From Leucoraja erinacea (Eukaryota): a stretch of DNA of 64,000 bases. The translations under genes and the position numbers were made by a program. This document shows positions 37,756 through 51,588 of this stretch, one piece after another. The notes under the pieces were generated by a model. The model was given only the letters and a program-made list of their open reading frames with translations, was not told the DNA's origin and did not search any database. How positions within the stretch are numbered: the stretch's first letter is position 1; each line of letters begins with the position of its first letter. The stretch is taken from NCBI RefSeq assembly GCF_028641065.1, contig NC_073386.1, positions 16,926,001 to 16,990,000 on the forward strand, given 5' to 3'.

Positions 37756-40566
37756 TCACAAAAGAGAAGCAAATTAGATACATATATATATAATGTGCCA
37801 TTAAAATATCATCTTCAACCCGTTTTAAAGTTAGAGGTTTTTGGCAAAACAGATAGGTTTCCAGGAATGACTGTATAGCAGCATTTCATTTTACATACGT
37901 ATCTGTAACAAACACAACCAAAGTTGGTGTTCATTGATCAAATTTCATGGCAGTAATGGGACATTCTGTTGCGGTGCCTCCTAGAGGGTAATTAATGCTG
38001 AAGTAAGGAGTTTTAACTTTCAATGTATCTGTAACAAACACAACACTCAAGATTCCAGCATCTGCAGTCCCTTTGTACCACCTCTCTCTTGTTGTTCATT
38101 TCACTGATGAGAAGGTTCAGCTTTCTATCGCTAAGTTTAATAGCTTTTCTCCACTCACCTGCAGCCTCGCTCGCCTCCACCAGTGTGTATTGCTACTGCC
38201 TGGCTTATATTAATATAGTTTACCCCCACCCCTCCTTGCACTTCACCCCATCCCACCAAATCGCTGTTAGTACTACCACAAACTGGTCGCACTTGATAGA
38301 TCTGGTTGTTATATTAGATTGCTGTATGTTCTATAAGACCATAAGAATAGGAGTTGAATTACACCATTCAGCCCATCGAGTCTACTCCACCATTCAATCA
38401 TGGCTGATCTATTTTCCCTCTCAACCTCATTTCCTGCCTTCTCCCTGGAACCTTTGATGCCCTTCCTAATCAAGAACCAATCAATTGTTGCTTTAAAAAT
38501 ACCTAATGTCTTGCCTTCCACCACCCTCTGTGGCAACAAATTCCCATCCTCTGGCTAAAGAAATTCATTCTGATCTCCATTCTAAAGGTACGTCCTTTTA
38601 TTCTGAGGCTGTGCCCTCTGGTCCTAAATTTTCCCATTCCTGGAAACATCCTTTCCACATCCACTCCATGTAGGTCTTTCAAGTTCAAGTTCAAGTTCAA
38701 GTGAGTTTATTGTCATGTGTTCCTGTGTAGGACAATGAAAGTCTTGCTTTGCTTCAGCACACAGAACATAGTAGGCATTTACTACAAAAACAGATAAGTG
38801 TGTCCATATACCATGATATAAATACACACATGAATAAATAAACTGATAAAGTGCAAATAACAGAAAAATGGGTTATTAATAATCAGAGTTTTGTCCGAGC
38901 CAGGTTTAATAGCCTGATGGCTGTGGGGAATTATCCGGTAGGTTTCAATGAGAATCCCCTTCATCCTTCAAAATTCCAGTGAGTACAGGCCTTGAGGTCA
39001 GTTGAATTTAGAGCAGGAATAGGGCACTCAGCCCCTCTGCCATTAAATAAAATCATAGCTGATCTAATTACAGCTGCAAATCCACATTATGATTAACCCA
39101 CAGTTCATCTGCTTGCTTCTCAAGAGTGTTTCTGTGCCCGTATTAAAAAATTCAAAGGACGTGTCACCATTGCTGTTTGAGCAAGAGAGTTTCAAAGGCT
39201 CTTGGCTCTCTTTGAGAAACAATTTAAACTCATCTCTTGCATAAACTGGTGATGGTTTATTTTCGAGCAGTTTTAGGTTCTACCACTAGAGGAACCATAA
39301 TCAGCAAATTTAGCAATTTGCTTCTTCTCCTATCTCTGCCTCTTCATCCACATCATATTGTTAACAAACCGTTAACAATTGAAACCCAAATAACAATTCC
39401 TTAGCACACCACTCATTGCAACATGTTAACTGAGAAAGGCCACTTATTTTCTCTTTGTTTCGTCCCTTTGTTTCCTTATAGCCCACTCATTTTCCATCCC
39501 TGCCGTCATATTTCTCCCAATGCCCTGTTTATTTTCTGAAAGCCACTGTCATTCACCTTAATTTGTATTTAAACCCTTAATACAAATCTTCTCTTGAACT
39601 TTTCTGTTCCCCAACAACACTATATTAAATTTCCTTAGCACCCTTTCTAAGGTATTAGCATATTTCCTGGTGTGCGGTAGCTCGATCTGCCCACATCATT
39701 TCAATAAAGCTTGTACAATGCTTCCAATAACACAGCACTAAAGGAGTGATTGGAACGTTTGCCTTTTTTAATGGCCTTCTCAACTTGATCTGTCATGACA
39801 TACTTCCAAGTCAATATGCTGTGCAACCTGCAAGTGAATCTACGACTGGTGGTGTTCCTCTACACATTTCAGCCTTGTCCTTCTTCAGGGAAGAGGCTGT
39901 GGGCTTACGTGGTGTTGTTGAAACAATCTATCAGAGTATCTCCCGTGCACCACACGGCAATGCACTAGTGGCAAAGGTTAAAACAAAACTTTTCTCAAAC
40001 AAAATCCAGTGTCGATGCTCACGTAATTAATTAAACAAATTAATATCTTTAATTTAAAAAATAATGAAATCACTGAAACAGGTCTAAAATTATAAACACC
40101 ATACAGTACTTAGATTTAAATATCAAAGAATCTTTGAATTAAAAATGGATATTAGCCCGAGATGGGGTGTTCATAACAGGAGCTTGATTTTGTGTATGGA
40201 TGTCCATTGATATAAGATGGTTTTTTCTAAGGCAGTGTAGTTCAGAGCTAAATTACTCTGCAATTACTCACAATTACTCTGCAATTACTTACAACTACAA
40301 AGCATCTCGAAGTTGCCAAATCTAATTTAAAATAGCCTACAAAATTTCCAATTTCCCCCTTTCAATTAACATCCTGTTATGATCCAGGACCACTATGGTC
40401 TCATCTAGGACCATAATCTATATTAAGTTCCGATATTTGTTTTATTCACAGGGAACCATGAAAATGAAGCTCTTCCTTTTCTGACAGATAAGGCATATCA
40501 GACACACAGATATTCCCCTTTATGGTCGGAGCTGAGTTCCCAACTGTTGGTCATTGAAATGCTTCA

Positions 40567-40761
<195 letters not shown>

Positions 40762-41916
40762 TTATCAATAACTTCTAGCCTTAGTTTTTAATTAATAAAA
40801 TTAAATTTTAATACTGTATATGTCAATGACTTTATAGGGCAAACTGTTTGCTTTTTTGGCTAAAACAAACAGCAGCATCTGTGGAGGAAATGAACAGATG
40901 AGGTTTTGAAGTCTGAAGAAGGGTCTCGACCAGAAACGTCTCGACCATGAATTACTCCAGCATTTTGTGTCTATCTTCGATTTAAACCAGCATCTGCAGT
41001 TCTTTCCTACAGATTAAGTTTTGAGTTGGGACCTTTCTACAGGTTGAAGGGCGATCCAAAATTGAAATTTCATCTGTCCGTTCTCTCCACAGATGCTGCC
41101 TGACCTGCTGAGTTCCTCTGGCAGTTTGATTTTTGCTCAAGATTCCAGCATCTGCAGTTTCTTGTGCTGTTACTTTTTTAGCTCCCCTGTCATTACTATG
41201 TCCTAGTTCACTCTGGATCACTCCACCTTTACTACCACCTCAAGCCACCATTCCACCCCACCAACAATATCTCCAATATCGAGGGACCCTGCTATTTCCA
41301 CCGTTCAATTAATCTTCATTCTCCTCATCTCAACAGATATGAATCTGACAAATAACAGGATAATACCTAACACAGAAAAATGCAAAATATGTACAAGTTC
41401 AAAGCAAACTATCAGTAATAATTAAAGAGCATAATATTAGTGTATTATATATTAATATTATATATATATATTTTATGTTATATATTGTATTTATATATTA
41501 TATTAATCATGACATTAGTATATTATACGCAATGGGTTATATTATATATTCATGATATTAGTCTGAAGAAGGATCTTGACCCAAAACATCACCTATTCAT
41601 GTTCTCCAGAGATGCTGCCTGACCTGCTGAGTTACTCCAGCACCTGGTGTCTTTCTTTGGTAAACCAACATCTGTGATTCCTTCTTATTTCATGATATTA
41701 GTGCTTTGTGTTGTTTTCTTTCATTAGAAGCAGTAACAATGCAAGCAGGTAGATGGGACTAGTCTAGATGGGACATGTTGGCCGGTGTGGGATAGTGGGC
41801 AAGACTCAATGACTCCTTAACTAACATAGCTAATGAAAGTATTTTCATGGTACGGTATGAGTTAATCTGATATTCCACTTTATTTTCTTTCGAGGGCACA
41901 CAACCTCTTACACTAC

Positions 41917-42032
41917 CTTGGTATTCAGCACTGTCAGACTTCAGCACCTCCCGCAGTAATGCTAGAGCTCTATTGAAAGACAGCAGGCGCTTCTGATCAG
42001 GGCCTCTCGTGTTCATTAACATTCCATCCAGT
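41917..42032 (-). CDS. TTC22: TTC22 exon 3 (LDGMLMNTRGPDQKRLLSFNRALALLREVLKSDSAEYQ)
   Basis: AG/GT bounded, 116 nt, phase consistent. Confidence 0.93.
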
Positions 42033-42427
42033 CTACCAGAGAAGAAGAGAAAGCTAAACAAAAAATCTGAGGAATGTAGAAACAAAGTAAAAAAAATTCT
42101 GTCTTGGATTAAATAAGATTGGCGTCTCAGATGGTCAAGGAGCAGTCACACCCCGGCCACTCCCTCTTCTCCCCTCTCCCCTCAGGGAAGAGGTGTAGAA
42201 GTGTGAAAAAGCACACCTTCAGATTCAGGGACAGTTTCTTCCCAGCTGTTATCTGGCAACTGAACCATCCAACCAATAACCTGATCGACTATCTACCTCA
42301 TAGGAGACTATCTTTGATCCGACTTTTCCAAACTTGCACTTAATGTTATTCACATTATTCCATTTATCATGTATCTCTACATTGTGAATGGCTGGATTGT
42401 AATCATGTATTGTCTTTCCACTGACTA

Positions 42428-42801
42428 AAGGGCCTGTCCCACTTTCACGAGTTATTCACAAATTCTCCCGAGTTTTCCCCTTGATTCAAACTCGCAGAAT
42501 GTTCGTAACGAGTCTGTAGGAGGAGGCCGTAGGAGTCCCTAGATATATCGTAGCGGCTCGTTATGCCAGCCGTAGGTACTCGGGGCTATTCTTTTACTCG
42601 TGGACATTTTTTATCAGGCTGGTAAAAACGTCCCGACTTACCTGATGCCCCGAGTACCAACGGCTGGAATAACGAGCTGCTACGATATATCTACGGACTC
42701 GTACGGCCTCCTACGGACTCGTTACGAACATTCTGCGAGTTTGAATCAAGGGGAAAACTCAGGAGAATTCGTGAATAATTGGGAAAGTGGGACAGGCCCT
42801 T
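42428..42801. mobile_element. Palindromic MITE (PIF/Harbinger-like TIRs) inside a Rex1-like fragment; related element at ~50141-50340
   Basis: TIRs AAGGGCCTGTCCCACTTT / AAAGTGGGACAGGCCCTT with long internal inverted symmetry. Confidence 0.75.
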
Positions 42802-42975
42802 CATTAGCACGCAACAAAGGTTTTTCACTGTACCTTGGTATAATAATATAAAGAGGACTAAATGAGACTAAACTAAACTAAATAGTTTAGATTCCATGGA
42901 GTATGGGGATCAGTGGAACTAGAGGGATAGAAAAATGCTAATATTTCAGCTGGTGATATTATTAATTTCTCCTAC

Positions 42976-43031
42976 CTGATATACATGGTGGCCATTGTAA
43001 AATACCAACTCCTTTTTTCTTCTGAGGGTAT
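42976..43031 (-). CDS. TTC22: TTC22 exon 2 (IPSEEKRSWYFTMATMYIR)
   Basis: AG/GT bounded, 56 nt; matches human IPMEEKRGWYFTMATLYIR. Confidence 0.93.
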
Positions 43032-43159
43032 CTGTAACAAAGAAATAAAGCTATAACATAATTACAGTATCTATGTTGGCCTTTCATTAGCGATGTTACA
43101 AAACCTACCTTCAGCGGGGCTGCAGATCTGTCACTGGCTGTGTGTGCGACTGGGGGTAG

Positions 43160-44252
43160 GGTGTTGACATGGATAGAAAATTGGTCGGCAGACAGGAAGC
43201 AAAGAGTAGGAGCAAACGGGTCCTATTCAGAATGGCAGATAGTGGCGAATGGAGTGCCGCAAGGCTCGGTGTTGGGGCCGCAACTGTTTACCATATATTA
43301 ATGATTTGGAAGAGGGAATTAGGAGCAACACTAGCAAGTTTGCGGTTGACACAAAGTTGGGTGGCAGTGTGAACTGTGATGTTAGGAGGTTGCAGGGAGA
43401 CCTGGACAGGTTGAGTGAGTGGGCAGGTGCAGTATAATGTAGATAAATGTGAGGTTATCCGCTTTGGTGGCAAAAATAAGGGGGCAGATTATTATCTCAA
43501 TGGGGTTAGGTTAGGCAAGGGGGAGGTGTAGCGAGACCTAGGCGTCCTTGTACACCAGTCACTGAAAGTTGGCGTGCTGGTACAGTAGGCAGTGAAGACA
43601 GCTAATGGAATGTTGGCCTTCATGACAAGAGGATTTCAGTATAGGAGTAGAGGTTCTTTTGCAGTTGTATAGGGCTCGGGTGAGACCACATCTGGAGTAT
43701 TATGTACAGTTTTGGTCTCAGAACTTCAGGAAGGACATCCTTGTGATTGAGGCTGTGCAGCGTAGGCTCACGAGATTGATCCCTGGGATGGCGGGACTCT
43801 CATATGAGGAAAGATTGAAAAGACTAGGCTTATATTCACTGGAGTTTAGAAGGATGAGGGGGATCTTATAGAAACATATAAAATTATTAAAGGACTGGAT
43901 AAACTAGATGCAGGAAAAATGTTCTCAATGTTGGGTGAGTCCAGAACCAGGGGCCACAGTCATAGAATAAAGGGGGAGCCATTTAAGACTGAGGTGAGAA
44001 AAAACTTTTTCACCCAGAGAGTTGTGAATTTGTGGAATTTCCTGCCACAGAGGGCCGTGGAGGCCAAGTCACTGGATGGATTTAAGAGAGAGTTAGATAG
44101 AGCTCTAGCGGCTAGTGGAATCAAGGGATATGGGGAGAAGGCAGGCATGGGGTTACTGATTTTGGATGATCAGCCATGATCACATTGAATGGCGGTGCTG
44201 GCTCGAAGGGCCGAATGGCCTCCTCCTGCACCTATTTTTTATGTTTCTATGA
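43160..44252 (+). mobile_element. CR1 3' fragment
   Basis: RT C-terminal motifs and the TTTCTATG tail. Confidence 0.9.
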
Positions 44253-45460
44253 CTCTGGAGCCTTTGGGGGAGGGGGAATTAAAATGCAGGTTTGTATCGT
44301 TTGTCGGAGAGGGATTTCCTCGGGCTGCTGGTCGATGAAGAAAAATCAATCAGACTTCAATCGGAAAAAAAATAAAAATAAAATAAATCGCTGGACAATT
44401 TAATCGTTAGATTAAAGTAAAAGCCGACTTCTAACGCCTTCAACGTCTTCAACGTGATGGATCGCAATATCAGGACAAAACAAAGGGCAAGTCGTATATT
44501 TCACATATAATCTTGCTACTTGGGGTTGTTTTAGTTTAATTTTACGATGCGAAAATGTTAATTAACCCCCAAACAATTCGACCGTGTCTTGCCTGCCGAT
44601 ATGGGCTTAAAATGTATGTCAACGGTAACGTTCCAATTGATCACATTCCAGAAACACCCACTTGCAAGATGATTAAAATTCTCTTTTGTTTTGGACAATC
44701 ATGTCATAACAGCATCTAAATCGTCTATATTTTGTGTAATAGCCTATCCATAATCAATATTTTTATACTAAATATCCACAACCGTTTTAGTCACATGTAT
44801 TGTGCAAAAAATAGTAATTTTGATTATATTGAGAATGGATGTTTCTAGATTAATTTATGGGAATTAAACATTAAATTCCTTCCATTTGGCATATAAGTTC
44901 ATGACAGTGAGATTTAAAAATCATGTTATATTGTGAATTTGTGTGTGAATGGGATTAGTTTGTTATTTGGATACTTAGGCTATTTAAAAAATTTAGCCTT
45001 TTCTTAAGAAATGGATAGATGTTTAGATCTAGAATTGATTTGATGAAACTGATGAATATGATTTTTTTTGGGGGTATTTACTATTTGTTTTAGCATTTAA
45101 CTTTATCATTTCTAGCTTTTTTTCTAAAACTGCAAATAATAACTTGTTTCTATTAATACTGTTCAGTGTATTTTTTCCTTTACATTTAAACAGATGTCTC
45201 CGAAGAAGAAATGGAAATTTGTCAATCCAAATGCCCAGACCGATTTAGACAGCATTCGCAGAGATTATCCGAATTTGGACTACTCCAAATGTGATGATCT
45301 ACAGGACATTCTTAATGGGAAAGTAGTGGGTAGAAAGGCATGTCATGCATGGTTTGAAGAGCAAAAACTTGTAGTTTACAAAATTGAAAAGTTGAGGAAA
45401 AACAAGGTGTAAGAAGTTGCTTATTGGTTACAATCTGAGGAGTATGATGATGCTACTGAT

Positions 45461-46710
45461 TTTTTATTTTTTTTTAAATTTTATTTATTAGAAGCAAGTG
45501 TACAAAAATATAACCAGCGGCATATGATATAATACAGTTATTGTACAGCTTCAATTTTGATTTTATCTATAGTTGAGAGAAAAGAAGAAAGAAAAAGCAA
45601 GAGAGGAAAAGTGGCATGTGCAAGGATAGAACCCCTAGACTACCAAAGTGGTGTAGCCAAAGAGTGAGTAAGTAAAATAAATAAGGAAGACGTAGAGAAA
45701 TAAAAAGACAAAAACAGAAAGAAAAACAAAAGGTGATGATATACCTGCCTCGCATCCCTCCCCACCCATCACCCAACCCGTAATTAGATTTAACTCCAAA
45801 ATTGTGTTGCACCATACTATCCTTGTAATAAATCAATGAATGGCATCCATGTCTTCGAAAAATGCCCTGGTTTTTCTGCTAAGACAAGTCTAATATTTTC
45901 AAGATGTAGTGTCTCAGACATGTTTGTAATCCATATTTTAAGAGTAGGGACAGATGTATGTTTCCAAAATTTTAGTATTAGTTTTTTTGCCGTTATCAGG
46001 CCATAATTAAAGAAACATCTTTGAAATGGCGATAGCTCAGAGCAGGCTTCTGTCGTTCCTAGAATAATCAATTCTGTGTGGGGGTCCAATTTTGTTTTTA
46101 GTGTTTTTGAGAGAATTTCAAAAATTCCTCTCCAAAAATTATGTAATTTTATGCAAGAGGCGAAGGAATGTGTTATAGTTGCTTCTTGAAGGAGACATAT
46201 CACAAATAGGAGATACATTTGGAAAGATCTTATTCAGTTTAGACTTTGAATAGTAGAGTAAATGCAGTATTTTAAATTGAATTAATGTATGTCTAACGTT
46301 AATCGAACAATTGTGTGTATATAAAAGGTTTTCTTCCCATCTGTCTTTTGGAATTTCTAGGCTTAGTTCTTCTTCCCAGTCTCTTCTAATTGCTTCCGAC
46401 GATGGGATTTCTATATTTAGAAGGGTGTTATACAAATATGATGTTAAGTTGTTTGACTCTGAATTTCTATTCATACTTTCGTCTAGTATATCTGGTAGCA
46501 AAGTTTGGTAGTCCTGGGTATATGTTTTCAGATAGTCTTGAATTTGAAGATATCTGAAATATTGATTACCTTTCATGTGATATTTCGACTGTAATTCTTG
46601 AAATGAGAGAAGAGTTCCCATCGTAAAGATCTCCAAGTTTTTTGATTCCCAGTCTTTACCAATATGTAAACGCTTTATATATAATAGATGGCTTGAACAA
46701 AGGGTTACTG
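45461..46710 (-). mobile_element. L1/Tx1-clade LINE 3' fragment with polyA; partial inverted copy at ~47510-48180
   Basis: FRYLQI, LIQFKILH and FW..I..LS..GLITAKKLIL..WK (L1 ORF2 C-terminus). GCTACTGAT on both flanks (~45452, ~46711) looks like a TSD. Confidence 0.82.
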
Positions 46711-46727
46711 GCTACTGATTATGATAT

Positions 46728-47375
46728 AGGAAAAGGATTTATAGCAAAAGGATTTGAGTATAGGATCAGGGAGGTTCTACTGCAGTTGTACAGGGTACTG
46801 GTGAGACCACACCTGGAGTATTGTGTACAGTTTTGGTCTCCAAATCTGAGGAAAGACATTCTTGCCTTAGAGGGGTACACAGAAGATTCACCAGACTGAT
46901 TCCTGGGATGTCAGGACTTTCATATGAAGAAAGACTGGATAGACTCGGCTTGTACTCGCTAGAATTTAGAAGATTGAGGGGGGATCTTATAAAAACTTAC
47001 AAAATTCTTAGGGGGTTGGACAGACTAGATGAAGGAAGATTGTTCCAGATGTTGGTGAAGTCCAGGACAAGGAGTCACAGTTTAAGGATAAAGGGGAAAT
47101 CGTTTAGGACCGAGATGAGAAAAACATTTTTCACGCAGAGAGTGCTGAGTCTCTGGAACTCTCTGCCACAGAAGGTAGTTGAGGCCAGTTCATTGGCTAT
47201 ATTTAAGAGGGAGTTAGATGTGGCCCTTGTGGCTAAATGGATCAAGGGGTATGCAGAGAAGGCAGGTACAGGATATTGAGTTGGATGATCAGCTATGATC
47301 ATATTGACTGGCGGTGCAGGCTTGAAGGGCCGAATGGCCTATTCCTGCACCTAATTTCTATGTTTCTATGTTTTC
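46728..47375 (+). mobile_element. CR1 3' fragment
   Basis: [20 protein letters not shown] motifs plus tail. Confidence 0.9.
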
Positions 47376-49129
47376 TATATGCCAATGTACCAGCTAGCAA
47401 CTGATCTTCTCCATAAAGACTTGGTCTATTGCTACAAATTGTAATTTATTTACCTATCTGTTATGGACTTATAGTATATAATACAATAATATTAAAGTTC
47501 TGATCTTGAGAATTTTCAAGGCATAGAACAAATTCTCTCAAAAAACCCCAAAAAACAAAATTGGACCCCGACACGGAATTGATTATTCTAGGAACGTCAG
47601 AAGCCAGCTCTGAGCTATCAATATTTCAAAGACGTTTCCTCAATTATGGCCTGATAACGGCGAAAAACGTATACTGACATTTTGGAAACATACGTCTGTC
47701 CCTACTTTTAAAATGTGGATTACAAACATGTCTGAGACGCTACATCTTGAAAATATTAGACTTGTCTTAGCAGAAAAACCAGAGCATTTTTCGAAGACAT
47801 GGATGCCATTCATTGATTTATTACAAGGATAGTATGGTGCAACACAATTTTGGAATTAAATCTAATTACGGGTTGGGTGATGGGTGGGGAGGAATGCGAG
47901 GCAGGTATATCACCACCTTTTGTTTTTCTTTCTGTTTTTGTCTTTATTTCTCTATGTCTTCCTTATTTATTTTACTTACTCACTCTTTGGCTACACCACT
48001 TTGGTAGTCTAGGGGTTCTATCCTTGCACATACCACTTTTCCTCTCTTGCTTTTTCTTTCTTCTTTTCTCTCAACAATAGTTAAAATCAAAATTGAAGCT
48101 GTACAATAACTGTATTATATCATATGCCGCTGGTTATATTTTAGTACACTTGATTCTAATAAATAAATAAATAAAAAAATCAGTAGCATCATCATACTCC
48201 TCAGATTGTAACTAATAAGCAACTCTGTACACCTTGTTTTTCCTCAACTTTTCAATTTTGTAAACTACAAGTTTTTGCTCTTCAAACCACGCATGACATG
48301 CCTTTCTACCCACTACTTTCCCATTAAGAATGTCCTGTAGATCATCACATTTGGAGTAGTCCAAATTCGGATAATCTCTGTGAATGCTGTCTAAATCGGT
48401 CTCTTTTGCTGGGCATTTGGATTGACAATTTTGCATTTCTTCTTCGGAGACGTCTGTTTAAAATGTAAAGGAAAAATAACACTAAACAGCATTAACAGAA
48501 ACAAGTTATTATTTGCAGTTTTAGAAAACAAAAGGTAGAAATGATAAAGCTAAACGCTAAAACAAATAGTAAACACCCAACAAAAAAATTCATATTCATC
48601 AGTTTCATCAAGTCAATTACTAGATCTAAACATCTATCCATTTCTTAAGAAAAGGCTATTTTTTTTAAATAGCCTAGGTATCCAAATAACAAACTAATCC
48701 CATTCACACAAGAATTCACAATATAACATGATTTTTAAATCTCACTGTCTCAACCTGTCCAGGTCACCCTGCAACCTCCTAACATCCTCTTCACAGTTCA
48801 CACTGCCACCCAGCTTTGTGTCATCCGCAAACTTGCGAGTGTTGCTCCTAATTCCCTCTTCCAAATCATTAATATATATGGTAAATAGTTGCAGCCCCAA
48901 CACCGAACCTTGCCGGCACTCCACTCGCCACTACCTGCCATTCTGAAATGGACCAGTTCACTCCTACTATTTGCTGTCTGTCTTCCAACCAATTTTCTAT
49001 CCATTATTTGTTGCATTGAAAATAGTGTTTATTACTATTTCGGTCACAACGGTTAATTTTGTAATTAGCTACAATTAGGCAACTAACTAATTACCTCGGG
49101 AAACGCCGCGGCGGCTACCTCCCGCTCAC

Positions 49130-49699
49130 CTGGTTCCTGCCATACAGCAGAGCTTTGTCATAGAGCCCTATGGCTGAGCGCAGTTTGCTGGCGTGGTCTT
49201 CCTCGCTCTGCAAGCCGACGTCGTGAGCGCTGGCGAGGGCGTGTTCAGCCAGACACCTGGCGGCGCGGAGCGGCAGCAGAGACCCAGCGTCCCCTGTCTC
49301 GCCTCCGTCCCGTTTCAACCCCATCAGCCGCGACAGGCGCTCCACGCAATCGGCCGCCGGCCCTTCCCTTTCCATCCGGTCGTACACGTAGCCCAGGTTA
49401 GCCCAGGCGTTGAGGTTGCCCGGCTCCTCCCGGCACACGCCGGAGAAGAGCTCTTCGGCCACTTGGTACTCGTCCAGGTGGAAAGCCAGGACGCCCAGCA
49501 GGTTGCGGAGGGCGAGGCGCTGCGCTGGGTGCGGGACCTCCAGCTGCAGGCTCTGCCGTTTCAGCTTATAGTCCCTGCCCCGCAGCCGCTCCGGCATCTG
49601 CGGCTCGAAGTTCAAATTCAACTGCAGGTGGAAATGGCCCGGGATGTAATCCATCTCCTGAATGAGGATCTCGATGTCCCGATCCTGCTCTTCCACCAT
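49130..49699 (-). CDS. TTC22: TTC22 coding exon 1
   Basis: MDYIPGHFHLQLNLNFEP, PGNLNAWANLG and LYDKAL match human TTC22. ATG 49699, donor GTGAG, 570 nt, CpG island. Confidence 0.95.
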
Positions 49700-49735
49700 C
49701 TCCGGCTCACATAGAGAGCTCCCGATGAACAAGCC

Positions 49736-49867
49736 CTCTGTCTCTGCCTCTGCCTCTGCCTCTGTCTCTGCGCCTGTCTCTGCCTCTGTCTCTGCGCCTG
49801 TCTCTGCCTCTGCCTCTGCCTCTGCCTCTGCCTCTGTCTCTGTCTCTGTCTCTGCCTCTGTCTCTGT
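49736..49867 (-). repeat. (GCAGAG/ACAGAG)n hexamer repeat upstream of the TTC22 ATG
   Basis: About 22 hexamers directly visible. Confidence 0.95.
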
Positions 49868-51323
49868 GACCAGCCTTCCTGCGTTCCTGACCAGGGTGTG
49901 CGCGGCAATGCGATCGCAGTCAGATTGTTCCCATATTTGCTGGCTGTCACGTTTACAGCTTTAAATCTGGGTGGCGGGTTCACTGTTTAGTTTCAACACC
50001 CACGCCTGTATGCTGGGTGGCACAAGGAACTGCAGATGCGGATTTACAACAAAACAAATGACACAACGTCCTGGAGTAACTCAACATCAGCCGTGGACGT
50101 GGTCAGGCGACGTTTCGTGTCGGGACCCCCCCCCCCCCCCGGTCCCACTTAACAGAAACCTCTGGAGACTTTGCGCTCCACCCAAGGTTTCCGTGCGGTT
50201 CCCGGAGGTTTTTGTCAGTCTCCCTACCTGCTTCCACTACCTGCAACCTCCGGCTACCACCTGCAACCTCCGGAAACCGCACGGAAACCTCGGGTGGGGC
50301 GCAAAGTCTCCAGAGGTTTTCGTTCAGTGGGACAGGGGTTAGAGAGAGTCATAGAATCATACAGCGTGGAAACAGGCCTTTCGGCCCGACGCCCGCGCGG
50401 CCGCACCTACCAACATGCCCCATCTGCACTTGTCCCACCTGCCTGCATTTGGCCCATATCCCTCTAAATCTATCCTATCCATGTACCTGTCCAAATGTTG
50501 TTTAAAACGTCGTGATGGTACCTGCCTCCGCTACCCCTCCGCCAGCTCGTTCCATACACCCACCACCGTTTCTGTAAAAAAAGTTGTCCCTCAGGTTCCT
50601 ATTAAATATTTCCCTGATAAGTTAAAATTATCAGCACATTAAAAATAAGGCCTACATCACCAAACAGATGACATGGGTTATAAGGAGAAGGCAGGAGAAT
50701 GGGGTTGAGAGGGAAAGATAGATCAACCATTATTGAATGGTGGAGTAGAATTGATGGGCCGAATGGCCTAATTCTGCTCCTATAACTTGTGAACACAGTG
50801 TTCTGCAGTCATTTCCCCTTCCCTTGAAAAACCTGTTCAATATTCAGTATTATGAGTTGTGTATCAATCAAGTCCAAAAAAGATTGATGCGATGTGAGGT
50901 GTGTTTGGAGCAATCAATAAAATGCTGCTTTACATTCCTTTGTGACTGAACGTTACCTGAAAGAATGTGAGAGATCGAGTCTTTCCTGTCTATTAACAAT
51001 CAGCATTCCATCCTGACCGTAAATAATTTCACCTGTCAGAAATCTGTTATTTACACAATGAATTGTAATTTATTCCGTCAATGTCAGAAACCAGAATACA
51101 TACAATTAAATATACGTTTGATTAAATGGAAAATAATACCAAATTGGGTTAGCCAGTATTTAAGCATGATATGAATCAATACTGGATACAAAGAGGGATT
51201 TTCAAAGGACTTGTGCAAACAAATATATTGCATGAAAGTAAATAAAGGTGGAAAGAATTGGAAACAGCCCATGGGACAAAGTTACATGCCAAATAATTGA
51301 TACCGGAATCATTATCTAAAAAA

Positions 51324-51588
51324 GGTGGCACAGTGGCACATCAGTAGAGTTGCTACCCTACAGCACCAGAGACCCGAGTTTGATCCTGACTACGGATGAT
51401 GGCTGTATGGAATTTGTGCATTCTGCCTGCGATCACATGGGTTTTCCTTGAAAGCTCCGGTTTCCTCCCATATTCCAAAGATGTGCAGGTTTGTATTAGC
51501 TACTGTGAATTGTTCCTAGTGTGCAGGGGTCGGTGCAGACTCGACGGACAGAAGGGTCTGTTTCCATGCCATATCTCTAAACTACTCT
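51324..51588 (+). mobile_element. tRNA-derived SINE, HE1/V-SINE-like (other copies ~1075-1245 -, 4720-5345 -, 12700-12960 -, 22320-22665 -, 34255-34590 -, 37320-37550 +, 55280-55600 +, 63953-64000 +)
   Basis: A/B-box-like head (GGCACAGTGG...GTTTGATCC), core TGTATGGAGTTTG..TTCTCCC..TGGGTTTTCTCC..TCCCACA..CCAAAGA, (CTAAA)n tail. Confidence 0.8.

Noticed and set aside
39700-40030. Unique, coding-looking stretch in TTC22 intron 4
   Set aside because: Stops in the TTC22-sense frames I checked and no recognisable motif; the real exon 5 is at 37585-37746.
49193-49983. Antisense and alternate-frame ORFs (QR and SA repeats) over TTC22 exon 1
   Set aside because: Shadows of a GC-rich exon and the hexamer repeat.
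51324-51400. tRNA-like sequence
   Set aside because: Head of a tRNA-derived SINE, with no complete cloverleaf.
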